64,000 nucleotides of DNA from Salinivirgaceae bacterium. Its GTDB lineage: Bacteria; Bacteroidota; Bacteroidia; Bacteroidales; SZUA-534. A program made the position numbers and the translations under genes. Shown piece by piece: positions 42,070 through 51,759 of this stretch (within the stretch, counting starts at the first letter, position 1; the number at the start of each line of letters is the position of its first letter). A model generated the notes under the pieces. That model was not told where the DNA came from, ran no database searches, and saw only the letters and a list, made by a program, of their open reading frames with translations. The DNA is taken from positions 96,001 to 160,000 of the forward strand of contig JAKSOL010000002.1 of the NCBI GenBank assembly GCA_024405635.1, written 5' to 3'.

Positions 42070-43131
42070 CTATTTGTTTGTCCAATTTGCGTGACTGTAA
42101 TAATCTACGTTCTCTTTTATAATTATATCAATGGGACTGTAGTTATCAATCTGTTTTATCTCTTTTTGCCCAAGTAAATAGTTGAATAATAGCATTATGG
42201 CTTTATACGATTGCTCGTCGGGGCGTTGGTTAAGTAAATACGAAATGTTACCTTTTTTCAAATGGTCAATATTTTCGTCAATCAAGTCGTAGCCAATAAC
42301 GCAAATGTTTTTTAATCCTTGTGCCGATGCAAAGTCAGCAAACCTAAAGGCTCGTGTGTTGGGTATAAAAATGCCGTTGAATTGTTGCTGCTTAAGAGCT
42401 TGCCCCAACGATGCGTTTGGCTCTTGCGGGTCGCTCAAGTCAATTTCAAGTTCGGTAATGCGATAGTCGTTCCCAATTGAATTGCGGAATCCAGCAACGC
42501 GTTGTTCAATATGGTTTGAGAAAATCTTATGGTTCGATTGCTTAACAATAAGCACGTTGCGGCTTGTGTGTATGTCTTTTTGCATCAGTCGTGCGGCAAT
42601 TACACCACTTTGAAAAGCGTCTTGTCCAAAGTAACCAATGTTACCCGCATTGTTTATGTTTACATCAATAAACACAAACGGAATTTGTTGAGTGTTAAGA
42701 GTTTGAATAAATTGTAATGCTGCTTGCTTAAAAACAGGACAAAGCAACACTCCATCAAACTCGTTTGCTGGTACGCTTGCTAATACGTTTATAAACGATT
42801 GCTCGCTTGAGGCGTCAAAGTGAAAGATGTTAAAATTGGTGTTGTAGTTCGATAGCTCGGCAATGGCTAAGTTTATTCCGTCCATCGGTTTTTGCCAATA
42901 TGGGTTATTGTCTTGCGAGTCGGGTATTATTACAGCAAAACGCAAACTTTTTTTCATCGACAATGCTTTGGCTTGTAAGTTGGGCGTGTATCCTAACTCG
43001 TTTATAATCTGCATAATGCGGTTATGAGTTTCTGCATTCACTTCTCCGCGGTTATGCAATACACGATCAACCGTTCCTATTGAAACGCCAGCCAAAGTGG
43101 CAATGTCTTTAATGCTTACCCGTTTTTTCAT
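42070..43131 (-). CDS. LacI-family transcriptional regulator of the hexuronate cluster
   Basis: IKDIATLAGVSIGTVDRVLHNR HTH and periplasmic-binding-fold C-terminus; start set at ATG 43131. Confidence 0.92.
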   Translation of the reverse strand: MKKRVSIKDIATLAGVSIGTVDRVLHNRGEVNAETHNRIMQIINELGYTPNLQAKALSMKKSLRFAVIIPDSQDNNPYWQKPMDGINLAIAELSNYNTNFNIFHFDASSEQSFINVLASVPANEFDGVLLCPVFKQAALQFIQTLNTQQIPFVFIDVNINNAGNIGYFGQDAFQSGVIAARLMQKDIHTSRNVLIVKQSNHKIFSNHIEQRVAGFRNSIGNDYRITELEIDLSDPQEPNASLGQALKQQQFNGIFIPNTRAFRFADFASAQGLKNICVIGYDLIDENIDHLKKGNISYLLNQRPDEQSYKAIMLLFNYLLGQKEIKQIDNYSPIDIIIKENVDYYSHANWTNK

Positions 43132-43137
43132 ACTTTT

Positions 43138-43151
43138 CGTTAACGTACACG
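43138..43151. promoter_or_regulatory. Candidate LacI-type operator CGTTAACGTACACG
   Basis: Imperfect 14-bp palindrome with central CG, 6 bp upstream of the regulator start codon. Confidence 0.5.
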
Positions 43152-43280
43152 GAACGCAAATGTAGCATTTTGTGTGAATGGTTGTCGAAAAAAAACAAAT
43201 AACTATAACGTGAAAATGCGTATAACTCAAATGCTAATTTTTGTGCATTTGTTATAGCTATTAAAGAAGTAAAAATCCGA

Positions 43281-43910
43281 TTAAAGGTCCGATAGGTTTA
43301 TTTTTTCAAATTTAAACCCAAGTTTGGTGTAATATTCAAGCACCAATGGTAGTGTATATTGGAGGTTTCGCGATGCTTTTTTTGAGTCGTGGAATACGAT
43401 AATTGAACCATCTTCAATATATCGTTTTACAAGACTGAAGCATTTTTCTGGTGCAATACGTTTATTGTAGTCTTCGGGCATAACGTCCCAAAGTACAATT
43501 TTGTAACCTTGGCTTAAAACGTATTTATATTGTTTAGGTGTTATTCGTCCGTATGGAAATCTAAATAGTTTGCTGTCAATGTATTCGCTAGCCAAAACCA
43601 CATCGTTTGAGTATTCGTCAAAACTCGATTTCCAACCATTTAAGTGGCTATATGTGTGATTGCCAACAGAATGTCCGTTGGCTAAAATTCTAGCATAAAT
43701 TTCAGGGTAATGATCAACATTTCGTCCAAGGCAGAAGAAAGTGGCTTTGGCGTTATATTTTTTTAACAAACAAAGCACCCAATCGGTAATTTCGGGAGTT
43801 GGCCCATCGTCAAAAGTTAGAAAAATGGTGCGTTCTGAAGTTCTTAACTTCCAATTGCATTTATCCATTAATCTACGCACAAATTGTGGCGGTTTGTTAA
43901 TTACACCCAT
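43281..43910 (-). CDS. Polysaccharide deacetylase (CE4/NodB family)
   Basis: LTFDDGP, ATFF, GNHTYSH, FRFPYG, IVFHD; start set at ATG 43910. Confidence 0.92.
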   Translation of the reverse strand: MGVINKPPQFVRRLMDKCNWKLRTSERTIFLTFDDGPTPEITDWVLCLLKKYNAKATFFCLGRNVDHYPEIYARILANGHSVGNHTYSHLNGWKSSFDEYSNDVVLASEYIDSKLFRFPYGRITPKQYKYVLSQGYKIVLWDVMPEDYNKRIAPEKCFSLVKRYIEDGSIIVFHDSKKASRNLQYTLPLVLEYYTKLGFKFEKINLSDL

Positions 43911-43927
43911 TGTTAAATGTTTTATAC

Positions 43928-43964
43928 AAAAAAAGTTGCCAATCGGTTTGACTAGCAACTTTTT
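43928..43964 (-). terminator. Terminator downstream of the tRNA
   Basis: Minus strand GTTGCTAGTC-AAACC-GATTGGCAAC plus T7. Confidence 0.8.
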
Positions 43965-43968
43965 GTAG

Positions 43969-44041
<73 letters not shown>

Positions 44042-44078
44042 ATATATGTCTTTAGAACTTCTATCGCGTTTGCGACTG

Positions 44079-44086
44079 CAAAAATA
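44079..44086 (-). promoter_or_regulatory. -7 box (TATTTTTG) for tRNA-fMet
   Basis: TAnnTTTG followed by CAGTCGC, about 38 bp upstream of the tRNA. Confidence 0.6.
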
Positions 44087-44116
44087 CTCGTTTTTTTTAA
44101 AGCAACAAATAAAAAT

Positions 44117-44587
44117 TTACTGTTTTTGTGCGGTGCTTAATTCGGGGAATTTAATCTTTGATTTTACTACGTACGAGTCTGGGTATAAGCTTCTTATAAC
44201 GTGATAAAATGCATTTGCCTCACTTCGGCTCCTAAAGTCACCTACGCATAATTTAAAATACGGAGCTTTGTATTCGGAGTATATTCGTGCTGGATCAAAG
44301 TCTGGAAAGTTGTTTATAAATTTTTGGTTCACAATGTTCATTTGTGAGCGAGCGTTTTGTCCTGATCCGGAAAATATTTGTACCCTATAACCTGATATGC
44401 CGTCGTGTTGGTTGATGCGAGCGTATGCGTCAAGCATTTGATTAATGCGCCAGTCTTGGTCAATCGTAATTGTACCTTGTTCTTGTTTTTGGCTCTTTAA
44501 ATCGCCAACAAGTTCTTGGCTTTGGGCGTTTGTGTTAAGCGCTGCAAGTGTTAGCGCTACGCTTGCTACTATCAATTTAATGTTCAT
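44117..44587 (-). CDS. SPOR-domain secreted protein
   Basis: Signal peptide, GYRVQIFSG, PYFKLCVGDFRSRSEA; start set at ATG 44587. Confidence 0.85.
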   Translation of the reverse strand: MNIKLIVASVALTLAALNTNAQSQELVGDLKSQKQEQGTITIDQDWRINQMLDAYARINQHDGISGYRVQIFSGSGQNARSQMNIVNQKFINNFPDFDPARIYSEYKAPYFKLCVGDFRSRSEANAFYHVIRSLYPDSYVVKSKIKFPELSTAQKQ

Positions 44588-44644
44588 AGTTAAAAATGAA
44601 ATTGCAGTTGCAAAGATAATAAAATACATCTCTGTGTTTTGAAC

Positions 44645-45541
44645 TTATAAGTTCGATGGTGGAGTTTGTGGCGATGGTTGTCGCAGTTTTGCTGCATTTT
44701 CACCGCATGCACGTCTAACGTATCGCGAAAAAGCTTGAGCCGTTGAAAAATTTAGTTCGGCAGCAATCTCTTTGCACGATAGTCGGCTGTGTCGCAGTAG
44801 GCACATTATTTTTTTTCCAATAGTGTCTTGTATTATATCTGACGCGGTTTTTGATGTGGTTGCTTTGCAAACTTTATTAAGGTGGTTTGGCGATATTTGC
44901 AACTTTTCGGCAAAGTATTGAACATCGCGGTGTTCTCCACTGTCTTGGGTTAACAATTCTTCAAAACTTTTAAATGTGCGTTGCAACGATCCTTGTTGGT
45001 TGTTTATGTCTGATTCAATATCAATTTGGTCAACAAAGCTGATTAGTAGTGACTTTATTAGCGATTCAATAACTTCGTTTGAATAGTGGTGCTCTTTACT
45101 ATTGATGTGAAGTCGCAAAAGTTCAAAGTAATGCTTGCCTATGCTCCAACTTTCGGGTGTTAATTCAAGCAAAGGTTGTTCTTCTAGTTTCATTATTCGA
45201 TTCCATGTTAGCAAGTCGTGTTGCATGCTTTGCGACATTAATATTTCTGAAATCATAATAATCTTCACTGTGCAGTCTGAGCTACATTGTGTGTCAGATA
45301 ATGTGGTGTTAACTGGCACATAAAGAGCGTGTTTGCTTGGAATTATAATAGGATTACCGTTGTATTTAATTTCAATCTGACCACTTAAGCATATAAACAA
45401 CATGGTGCAGTTGGTTTTTGTGAGTCCTATTTTTGGTATTGTAGGAAGCTTGTCGGCAAAAACAATGTCGCTGTTATAAAAGTCGGTATGAACATTGGAA
45501 GGTAGTATGCTCAATATGTTTGTTGGCGAAATTATGTTCAT
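44645..45541 (-). CDS. AraC-family transcriptional regulator
   Basis: C-terminal double HTH: VQYFAEKLQISPNHL...KEIAAELNFS..AFSRYVRR. Confidence 0.88.
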   Translation of the reverse strand: MNIISPTNILSILPSNVHTDFYNSDIVFADKLPTIPKIGLTKTNCTMLFICLSGQIEIKYNGNPIIIPSKHALYVPVNTTLSDTQCSSDCTVKIIMISEILMSQSMQHDLLTWNRIMKLEEQPLLELTPESWSIGKHYFELLRLHINSKEHHYSNEVIESLIKSLLISFVDQIDIESDINNQQGSLQRTFKSFEELLTQDSGEHRDVQYFAEKLQISPNHLNKVCKATTSKTASDIIQDTIGKKIMCLLRHSRLSCKEIAAELNFSTAQAFSRYVRRACGENAAKLRQPSPQTPPSNL

Positions 45542-45754
45542 GGCGATTTGATTTATTTCGTTGTTGTTGGCAAAAATACTAATGATTAGCTTATGGCTAG
45601 CAGTTAATAGTTATCAAAATCAAATCTGTATAGTATAAAAAGGTGAATTTTTGACAATTGACATTTTTTTACGTTATCAACGTAATTTTTTTGGTGTTTA
45701 TTCGCAATAAATTTGCTTTTACTATCTTTAAATTTAGAAAAAAGTTGATTTTGC

Positions 45755-46390
45755 ATGGAGTGTAAGTTGTTTGTTTTTAATCCTTTACAAGAAAATACAT
45801 ACGTGCTTTTCGACCAAACTTGCGAGGCAGTTTTGGTCGATGCTGGTAATGCTACCGAGCAGGAAGATGAACAACTTCGCACTTTTATTAAAAGCAATAA
45901 TTTGACTGTTAAGTCTTTGCTGTGTACTCATTGTCATTTTGACCATATTTTTGGTGCACAAATGATACATGGAACTTATGCGGCGCCAATTGCATTTCAC
46001 GAGGGCGACGAATTGTGGCTCGATCGTTATGTTAGCATGTGCGAAATGTTTGGTTTTTTGAATCGAGGTGAGGCACCACGTGCCGATATTATATTGCATC
46101 ATGGCGACGAAATTAGGTTTGGAAATTCAACTTTGCGCGTGATTCATGTACCTGGCCATTCGCAAGCTTGCGTTGCTTTTTATTGCGAGGCTGATAATGC
46201 ACTGTTTTGTGGCGATATTTTATTTAAAGGCAGTGTGGGAAGAGCCGATATGCCAGGTGGGGACGCTAATCAACTAGTTTCTGAAATAAAAAGTAAGTTG
46301 TTGATTTTGCCCGACCAAACTTTAGTTTACAGTGGTCATGGACCAACAACAACTATAGGCTACGAACGTAAAAACAATCCTTATTTGTAA
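45755..46390 (+). CDS. MBL-fold metallo-hydrolase (glyoxalase II-like)
   Basis: THCHFDH, PGHS, GDILF, GRAD-PGG, GHGP-TT. Confidence 0.92.
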   Translation: MECKLFVFNPLQENTYVLFDQTCEAVLVDAGNATEQEDEQLRTFIKSNNLTVKSLLCTHCHFDHIFGAQMIHGTYAAPIAFHEGDELWLDRYVSMCEMFGFLNRGEAPRADIILHHGDEIRFGNSTLRVIHVPGHSQACVAFYCEADNALFCGDILFKGSVGRADMPGGDANQLVSEIKSKLLILPDQTLVYSGHGPTTTIGYERKNNPYL

Positions 46391-46395
46391 CCAAT

Positions 46396-49300
46396 ATGCA
46401 AAACTCAGATTCAATACAATGCCATACATCGATTGTGCTGAACAATATACTGCACGAATTGCATGCTTGTCATTCTATTGACAAAGCTTTGCAGCATGTT
46501 TGTGGCATGTTGGTTGATGCTTTTAGCCAGCCACAATTGGTAGAGTGTCGCGTTTGGTATGATAAGGTGGCTTATTCAACTCCAAATTTTAATTCGCAAA
46601 GTGCCACACTTACACAAACTTTTAGCATAACCGAAAAATTAAAGGGTGGAGTAGATTTGTTTTATTGCGTTTCTAAAGACCAATCGGCTCCAAAATTTAC
46701 TTTAGATGAATATACGTTTGTAAACGATTTGTGTCAATTGCTTGAAGGGTTTGTTTCAACTTCAGAAGTAAAACGATTTTCGCTGACAAACGAAATTCAA
46801 ACCAAATCGCAAAAGGTTATGGGATTGGTTGACGATATTTTTAAAACCAACCGTAATCTTGACGAGGCGTTGGATCAAATATGTGGCATTTTGCCCACGG
46901 CTATGCGTTATCCCGCATCGGCAGCAGTGCGCATTACTTATGGCGGAAAAGTTCACTCAAACTGCCAGTTTGCCGACACTGTGTGGCATTTGCAACAACC
47001 ATTTGTGGCCGATAAGCAGCAAGGTTTGCTTGATGTTTATTATTTGCAAGAATTTCCGGTGGCCGATAATGGCCCGTTTCTTATTCAAGAACAACAATTG
47101 CTTGAGGGATTGGCTGGAATGTTAACTAGTGCGGCAATTCGCGATAGCTATTCTCGCTTGAAATATCAAAATAACGAGCGCGAAAAAGAATTGATGGCTA
47201 TTAAACGCACCACACAAATAGTTCAGTCGTTGCGTACAAAAGCCGAAACTTTGCAAGATGTTTGTAACATTTTGCCATTGTCGTGGCAGTTTCCTGATTA
47301 TACTGCGGCTCGCATTCAGTTTGAAAATCAAGATTATGCAACCGATAATTTTCGTGTTACTGAATGGGGGCAAAAAACTCAATTTGTTACAGTTGATAAC
47401 AAAAAAGGCGTAGTTGAGGTTTATTATTTAAAACAATTTCCCGAAGCTGATGAAGGTCCTTTTTTGAGTACCGAACGCGATATGTTAGCTTCTATAACGC
47501 AGTTGATTACTGGTTATTTGAATAGCTACAAGAGTACAAAAATTATACAACAAAAAGCGGTTGCATCGTCGCAAAAACACGAAACCGAAAACTTGCGAAA
47601 ATCGCTTTCAAAACAAACAAAGCCGTTGCAACAATATTTCAATCAACAAATGATTGAAAAGTACATGTATCTTGATATGATGAAGTTTAAAATCAAGCAT
47701 GTGCTATTTGTGTCAACGCTTTATGATGCGTTTTTGCTCGAAAACGACGACTCGTTTTTTGAGCGTTTTATGGGCGAGGTTTATCAATATGGATTGTTTG
47801 CCTTGCCGCGTATTACGGGAGTGTCAAGCAAAGAGGATGCCATTGAAATTATGAACGCTACACCAATTGATTTGGTAATTATTATGGTGGGCGTTGACCG
47901 CGAATTGCCAATGGAAATAGGGCAGGATATTAAGGCATTAAATCCTTCGGTGCCTGTTTATTTGTTGGTTAACAAACAAGAAGACGTTAGGTATTTCAAC
48001 GATATAATAACCACAACTCTCAGTTTCGACAAATTGTTTGTGTGGAATGGCGATGCCTCGGTGATTTTTGCAATGGTAAAATCAATAGAGGATGGCGTGA
48101 ATGTTGACAACGATACAAAAGTTGGCTTGGTGCGTGTTATTCTGTTGATTGAGGACTCGCCAAATTACTACTCGCGCTATCTGCAAATTTTGTATTCAAT
48201 TGTATTTGACCAGTTGCAGATTCTATTACCAGAGGTTGAGAAAAACGAGCTTAATAAAATTGCCAAAATACGTTCAAGGCCTAAAATACTACATGCTCGC
48301 AATTACGAGGAAGCTATTGCCGTATTTAATCGATACAAAGATTTCTTGTTGTGCGTTGTGAGCGATGTTGAGTTCGATTGGGGCGGAAGGCTTGATAAAG
48401 AGGCAGGAATAAAGTTTGTGAACTATATGCGCTCGCAAGTGTTTAGCGTGCCTGTTATTTTGCAATCGTCGGAAAATGTTGATATTCCAAATGCCGAAGA
48501 GAATAAGATTTTCTTTATAAACAAGAATTCTGAAACCTTGTTTGAAGACTTACGCAAGTATCTTATTCGTTATCTTGGTTATGGCGATTTTCTTTTCCGT
48601 ACAGGCGATGGCCGAAATATAGGAGTGGCGCGGTCGTTGCGCGAATTTGAAACGCTATTGCGTGAGGTTCCTGATGACTCATTCTATCGTCATGCCATAA
48701 AAAACCAATATTCAATATGGCTTATGGGACGTGGCGAAATTCAACTTGCACGCACCATTAACCAAATGCGCCTTGACGAGTCGAATAATGTGGCTCAAGC
48801 TCGACAGGAAATATTGGATGCTATTCAAACTTACAAGGAAGAGAAAAAGAAAGGTAAGATTTTGAATTACGACGAAACATCGACTATTGACGAGCATAAC
48901 ATTGTGAGTTTTGCCGGAGGTACAATTGGCGGCAAGGCTCGCGGTTTAGCATTTATCGATGTTCTGATTTATAACCTAAACCTTGGCGAAATTGGTAAAC
49001 GCATTAATCTATTAAGCCCAATTACGGTTGTGATTGGTACCGACGAGTTCGATAATTTTATAGCAACAAACCACTTGTTTGAAAAAGTGGTAAACTCAAA
49101 TACACCATACGAAGAAATTCGCAAGTTGTTTTTCAATGGTAAATTGTCCGACACTTTGGTAGCAAAAGTGCGCGAGTTTGCTAATCATATTAATACTCCA
49201 ATTGCAGTACGATCGTCGTCAATATCGGAAGACTCGGTAAACCAACCATTTGCAGGCGTTTTTGATACATACCTGGTGCCTAACCAAAAAGACGACAAAG

Positions 49301-50589
49301 AAAAGGTTGTAAAAAACCTTTGTGATGCAATTAAATTAGTATTTGCGTCGGTTTATTCAGACCAGGCGCGTGGCTATTTTAAAGCCATAAATCGCCAAAT
49401 TGAAGGCGAAAAAATGGCGGTTATTATACAAGAGTTAGTTGGTAGCCAGTTCGGTAACTATTATTATCCGCACATTAGCGGCGTAGCTCAGTCGCATAAT
49501 TTTTACCCAGTTGCCGATATGAAACCCGAAGAGGGTTTTGCTGTTGCAGCAATGGGACTTGGCTCGTATGTGGTCGATGGTTGGAAATCGTATCGTTTCT
49601 CGCCTCGCTATCCAAAAGTGTCAATGTACACAACTAAATCGTTGTTACACAATACACAAACACAATTTTACGCGCTTGACACAACTATGCAAGATGTTGA
49701 CTTTTTGGAGCATGGCGAACTTGCAGCGGTAAAATTGCTTGATACTTACGAGGCGGAAAAACATGGTTCAATGAAACATTTGGCATCGGTTTACGACGCA
49801 AACAACGATTCTATTTATCCCGGGCTTGATAAACCTGGTGCACGCATTATAAACTTTGCCAATATCTTACAATACAATTACATTCCTCTTGCCGAAACTA
49901 TCGACTTGATTCTTAATGCTGTGAAAGAGGCGTTTGGCTCGCCAGTTGAGATTGAGTATGCGGTAAATCTTAATAGAGGATTAAATGGACTACCATCGTT
50001 TTACTTATTGCAGATTAAACCATTGGTTGGCGCCGACCGCTCAAAATTTAATCCAAAACTGCTTGAAAATAAGGACGATATGTTTCTTTATACCAAGTTG
50101 TGTTTGGGTAACGGTGTGATTGATGATATTGAAGATGTGGTTTACATTGACAACGACAAGTTCTCAAAAATGGAAACCGTTGAAATGGCTAAGGAAATAG
50201 ATACCATTAACAATATAATGATTAGCGAAAAACGCAAATACATACTCATTGGTCCAGGTCGATGGGGAACTAGCGACCGTTTTTTGGGAGTTCCAGTCGA
50301 TTGGTCGCAAATTTCAAATGCGCGAGTGATTGTTGAGGAAAGCCTAGATAATTATCCGCTAGATTTTTCGCTCGGTTCACACTTTTTCCATAATGTAACC
50401 TCAATGAATATAGGTTATTTTGCTGTTCAAAGCTATTCTAAACAAAACTTTATTCGTTGGGAAGTGCTTGAAAAACAGGAGCTTGTGCGTCAAACTGCAC
50501 ATTTCCGCCATGTGCGGTTTAAACAGCCTATTAAGGTGATTATGGATGGTACAAATAAAGAGTCAGCAATTTTTTACAAAAATTTTTAG
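46396..50589 (+). CDS. PEP-synthase/PPDK N-terminal (ATP-grasp) domain protein with 3 GAF-like repeats and 2 receiver-like domains
   Basis: IGGKARGL, IAVRSSS-SEDS, FAGVFDT, MAVIIQE, PVEIEYA, LLQIKP; REC-like VILLIEDS...VVSD; terminal SLGSHFFHN; no pyruvate-binding barrel. Confidence 0.85.
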   Translation: MQNSDSIQCHTSIVLNNILHELHACHSIDKALQHVCGMLVDAFSQPQLVECRVWYDKVAYSTPNFNSQSATLTQTFSITEKLKGGVDLFYCVSKDQSAPKFTLDEYTFVNDLCQLLEGFVSTSEVKRFSLTNEIQTKSQKVMGLVDDIFKTNRNLDEALDQICGILPTAMRYPASAAVRITYGGKVHSNCQFADTVWHLQQPFVADKQQGLLDVYYLQEFPVADNGPFLIQEQQLLEGLAGMLTSAAIRDSYSRLKYQNNEREKELMAIKRTTQIVQSLRTKAETLQDVCNILPLSWQFPDYTAARIQFENQDYATDNFRVTEWGQKTQFVTVDNKKGVVEVYYLKQFPEADEGPFLSTERDMLASITQLITGYLNSYKSTKIIQQKAVASSQKHETENLRKSLSKQTKPLQQYFNQQMIEKYMYLDMMKFKIKHVLFVSTLYDAFLLENDDSFFERFMGEVYQYGLFALPRITGVSSKEDAIEIMNATPIDLVIIMVGVDRELPMEIGQDIKALNPSVPVYLLVNKQEDVRYFNDIITTTLSFDKLFVWNGDASVIFAMVKSIEDGVNVDNDTKVGLVRVILLIEDSPNYYSRYLQILYSIVFDQLQILLPEVEKNELNKIAKIRSRPKILHARNYEEAIAVFNRYKDFLLCVVSDVEFDWGGRLDKEAGIKFVNYMRSQVFSVPVILQSSENVDIPNAEENKIFFINKNSETLFEDLRKYLIRYLGYGDFLFRTGDGRNIGVARSLREFETLLREVPDDSFYRHAIKNQYSIWLMGRGEIQLARTINQMRLDESNNVAQARQEILDAIQTYKEEKKKGKILNYDETSTIDEHNIVSFAGGTIGGKARGLAFIDVLIYNLNLGEIGKRINLLSPITVVIGTDEFDNFIATNHLFEKVVNSNTPYEEIRKLFFNGKLSDTLVAKVREFANHINTPIAVRSSSISEDSVNQPFAGVFDTYLVPNQKDDKEKVVKNLCDAIKLVFASVYSDQARGYFKAINRQIEGEKMAVIIQELVGSQFGNYYYPHISGVAQSHNFYPVADMKPEEGFAVAAMGLGSYVVDGWKSYRFSPRYPKVSMYTTKSLLHNTQTQFYALDTTMQDVDFLEHGELAAVKLLDTYEAEKHGSMKHLASVYDANNDSIYPGLDKPGARIINFANILQYNYIPLAETIDLILNAVKEAFGSPVEIEYAVNLNRGLNGLPSFYLLQIKPLVGADRSKFNPKLLENKDDMFLYTKLCLGNGVIDDIEDVVYIDNDKFSKMETVEMAKEIDTINNIMISEKRKYILIGPGRWGTSDRFLGVPVDWSQISNARVIVEESLDNYPLDFSLGSHFFHNVTSMNIGYFAVQSYSKQNFIRWEVLEKQELVRQTAHFRHVRFKQPIKVIMDGTNKESAIFYKNF

Positions 50590-50592
50590 TCT

Positions 50593-51246
50593 ATGATATA
50601 CGTTGGAATATTTGGTTCGCACAAAATGATGATTGATTGTATAAGCGCCTATGTGTCTGCTTTTTCAGAATTAAAAATCGTTACAGCCACATCCAGCAAA
50701 GACACTCTTTTTGATAAGTTGAAACAATATACCGTGCATGTTTTGGTAGTCAACCTATTTGAAATATCAACTTCGGAACAAAATTTTATAGTCGATTTGA
50801 AACTCAAATTTCCAAAGTTGAAAATAGTCTTGCTCACAAATGCAAACCGAAGCGAAGATGTGATTAAGTCAATCAAAGCTGGAGCAAATGGATTCATCAC
50901 TATGGGAGCTGGCGGTGAGGAACTTATTCAAGCAATTTACTCGTTGCGTAGTGGCCACGATTATTACGACAATTCAATTGCGCAGATACTGATGAACCGC
51001 CGAGCTAACGACATTGATAAAGGTATTGACAACGACGAGGAGTCTGCTGATGCTTTAAGCTCTCGTCAGGTTGAGATATTGCGACTATGGGGTAACGGAT
51101 GCAGTAACCAGGAGATTGCAGATAAATTGTTTATTAGTATTCGTACGGTTGAAACTCACAAGAACCACATTATGCAAAAACTGAACTTGAAGAGTACTGT
51201 TGATTTGATAAAGTTTGCTATTAAGAACAACATTATCAAAATTTAG
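50593..51246 (+). CDS. NarL/LuxR-family regulator with degenerate (pseudo) receiver domain
   Basis: LSSRQVEIL..SNQEIADKLFISIRTVETHKNHIMQKL LuxR HTH; REC fold lacking acidic pocket. Confidence 0.9.
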   Translation: MIYVGIFGSHKMMIDCISAYVSAFSELKIVTATSSKDTLFDKLKQYTVHVLVVNLFEISTSEQNFIVDLKLKFPKLKIVLLTNANRSEDVIKSIKAGANGFITMGAGGEELIQAIYSLRSGHDYYDNSIAQILMNRRANDIDKGIDNDEESADALSSRQVEILRLWGNGCSNQEIADKLFISIRTVETHKNHIMQKLNLKSTVDLIKFAIKNNIIKI

Positions 51247-51274
51247 CATTCTTAAAGCATGATGTTAAAAGCAT

Positions 51275-51309
51275 AAAAAAAGCGCCGCTCAATTTTGAGT
51301 GGCGCTTTT
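51275..51309. terminator. Bidirectional terminator between luxR-like gene and L31 gene
   Basis: A-run-GCGCCGCTCAA-TT-TTGAGTGGCGC-T4. Confidence 0.8.
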
Positions 51310-51338
51310 CTATTATGCTTTGTTGAGAAATAGAAATC

Positions 51339-51602
51339 TTACTTTTGTTTTTTCTCCATGTGTTTAGCATAGCGGTTGTTGAATTTGTCAACACGACCTG
51401 CGGTGTCAACCAATTTCATCTTACCAGTGAAGAATGGGTGAGATGAAGCTGAAACCTCTAGTTTAACCAATGGATACTCAACTCCGTCAATTTCTATCGT
51501 ATCTTTTGCGTTGATAGTCGATTTGGTAAGGGTAATTGTACCATTCGACATATCTTTGAATACAACAAGGCGATAATTGCTTGGATGAATGTCTTGTTTC
51601 AT
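51339..51602 (-). CDS. rpmE2: 50S ribosomal protein L31 type B (no Zn motifs)
   Basis: MKQDIHP, VVFKD, SSHPFFTG, GRVDKF. Confidence 0.95.
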   Translation of the reverse strand: MKQDIHPSNYRLVVFKDMSNGTITLTKSTINAKDTIEIDGVEYPLVKLEVSASSHPFFTGKMKLVDTAGRVDKFNNRYAKHMEKKQK

Positions 51603-51759
51603 TTTAATTTGTATTTAATAATTGTCTCTAAAAATAGGTTCGCAAAAGTAGTGTTTACTTTAACAATTACAAACATTTTAGTGTCAATAATTTGCTAATC
51701 TTGTTAAAGCGTTTTGCTTGTTGTGTAAAAATGTAAATAATTGAAATGTAGGTATTTGT

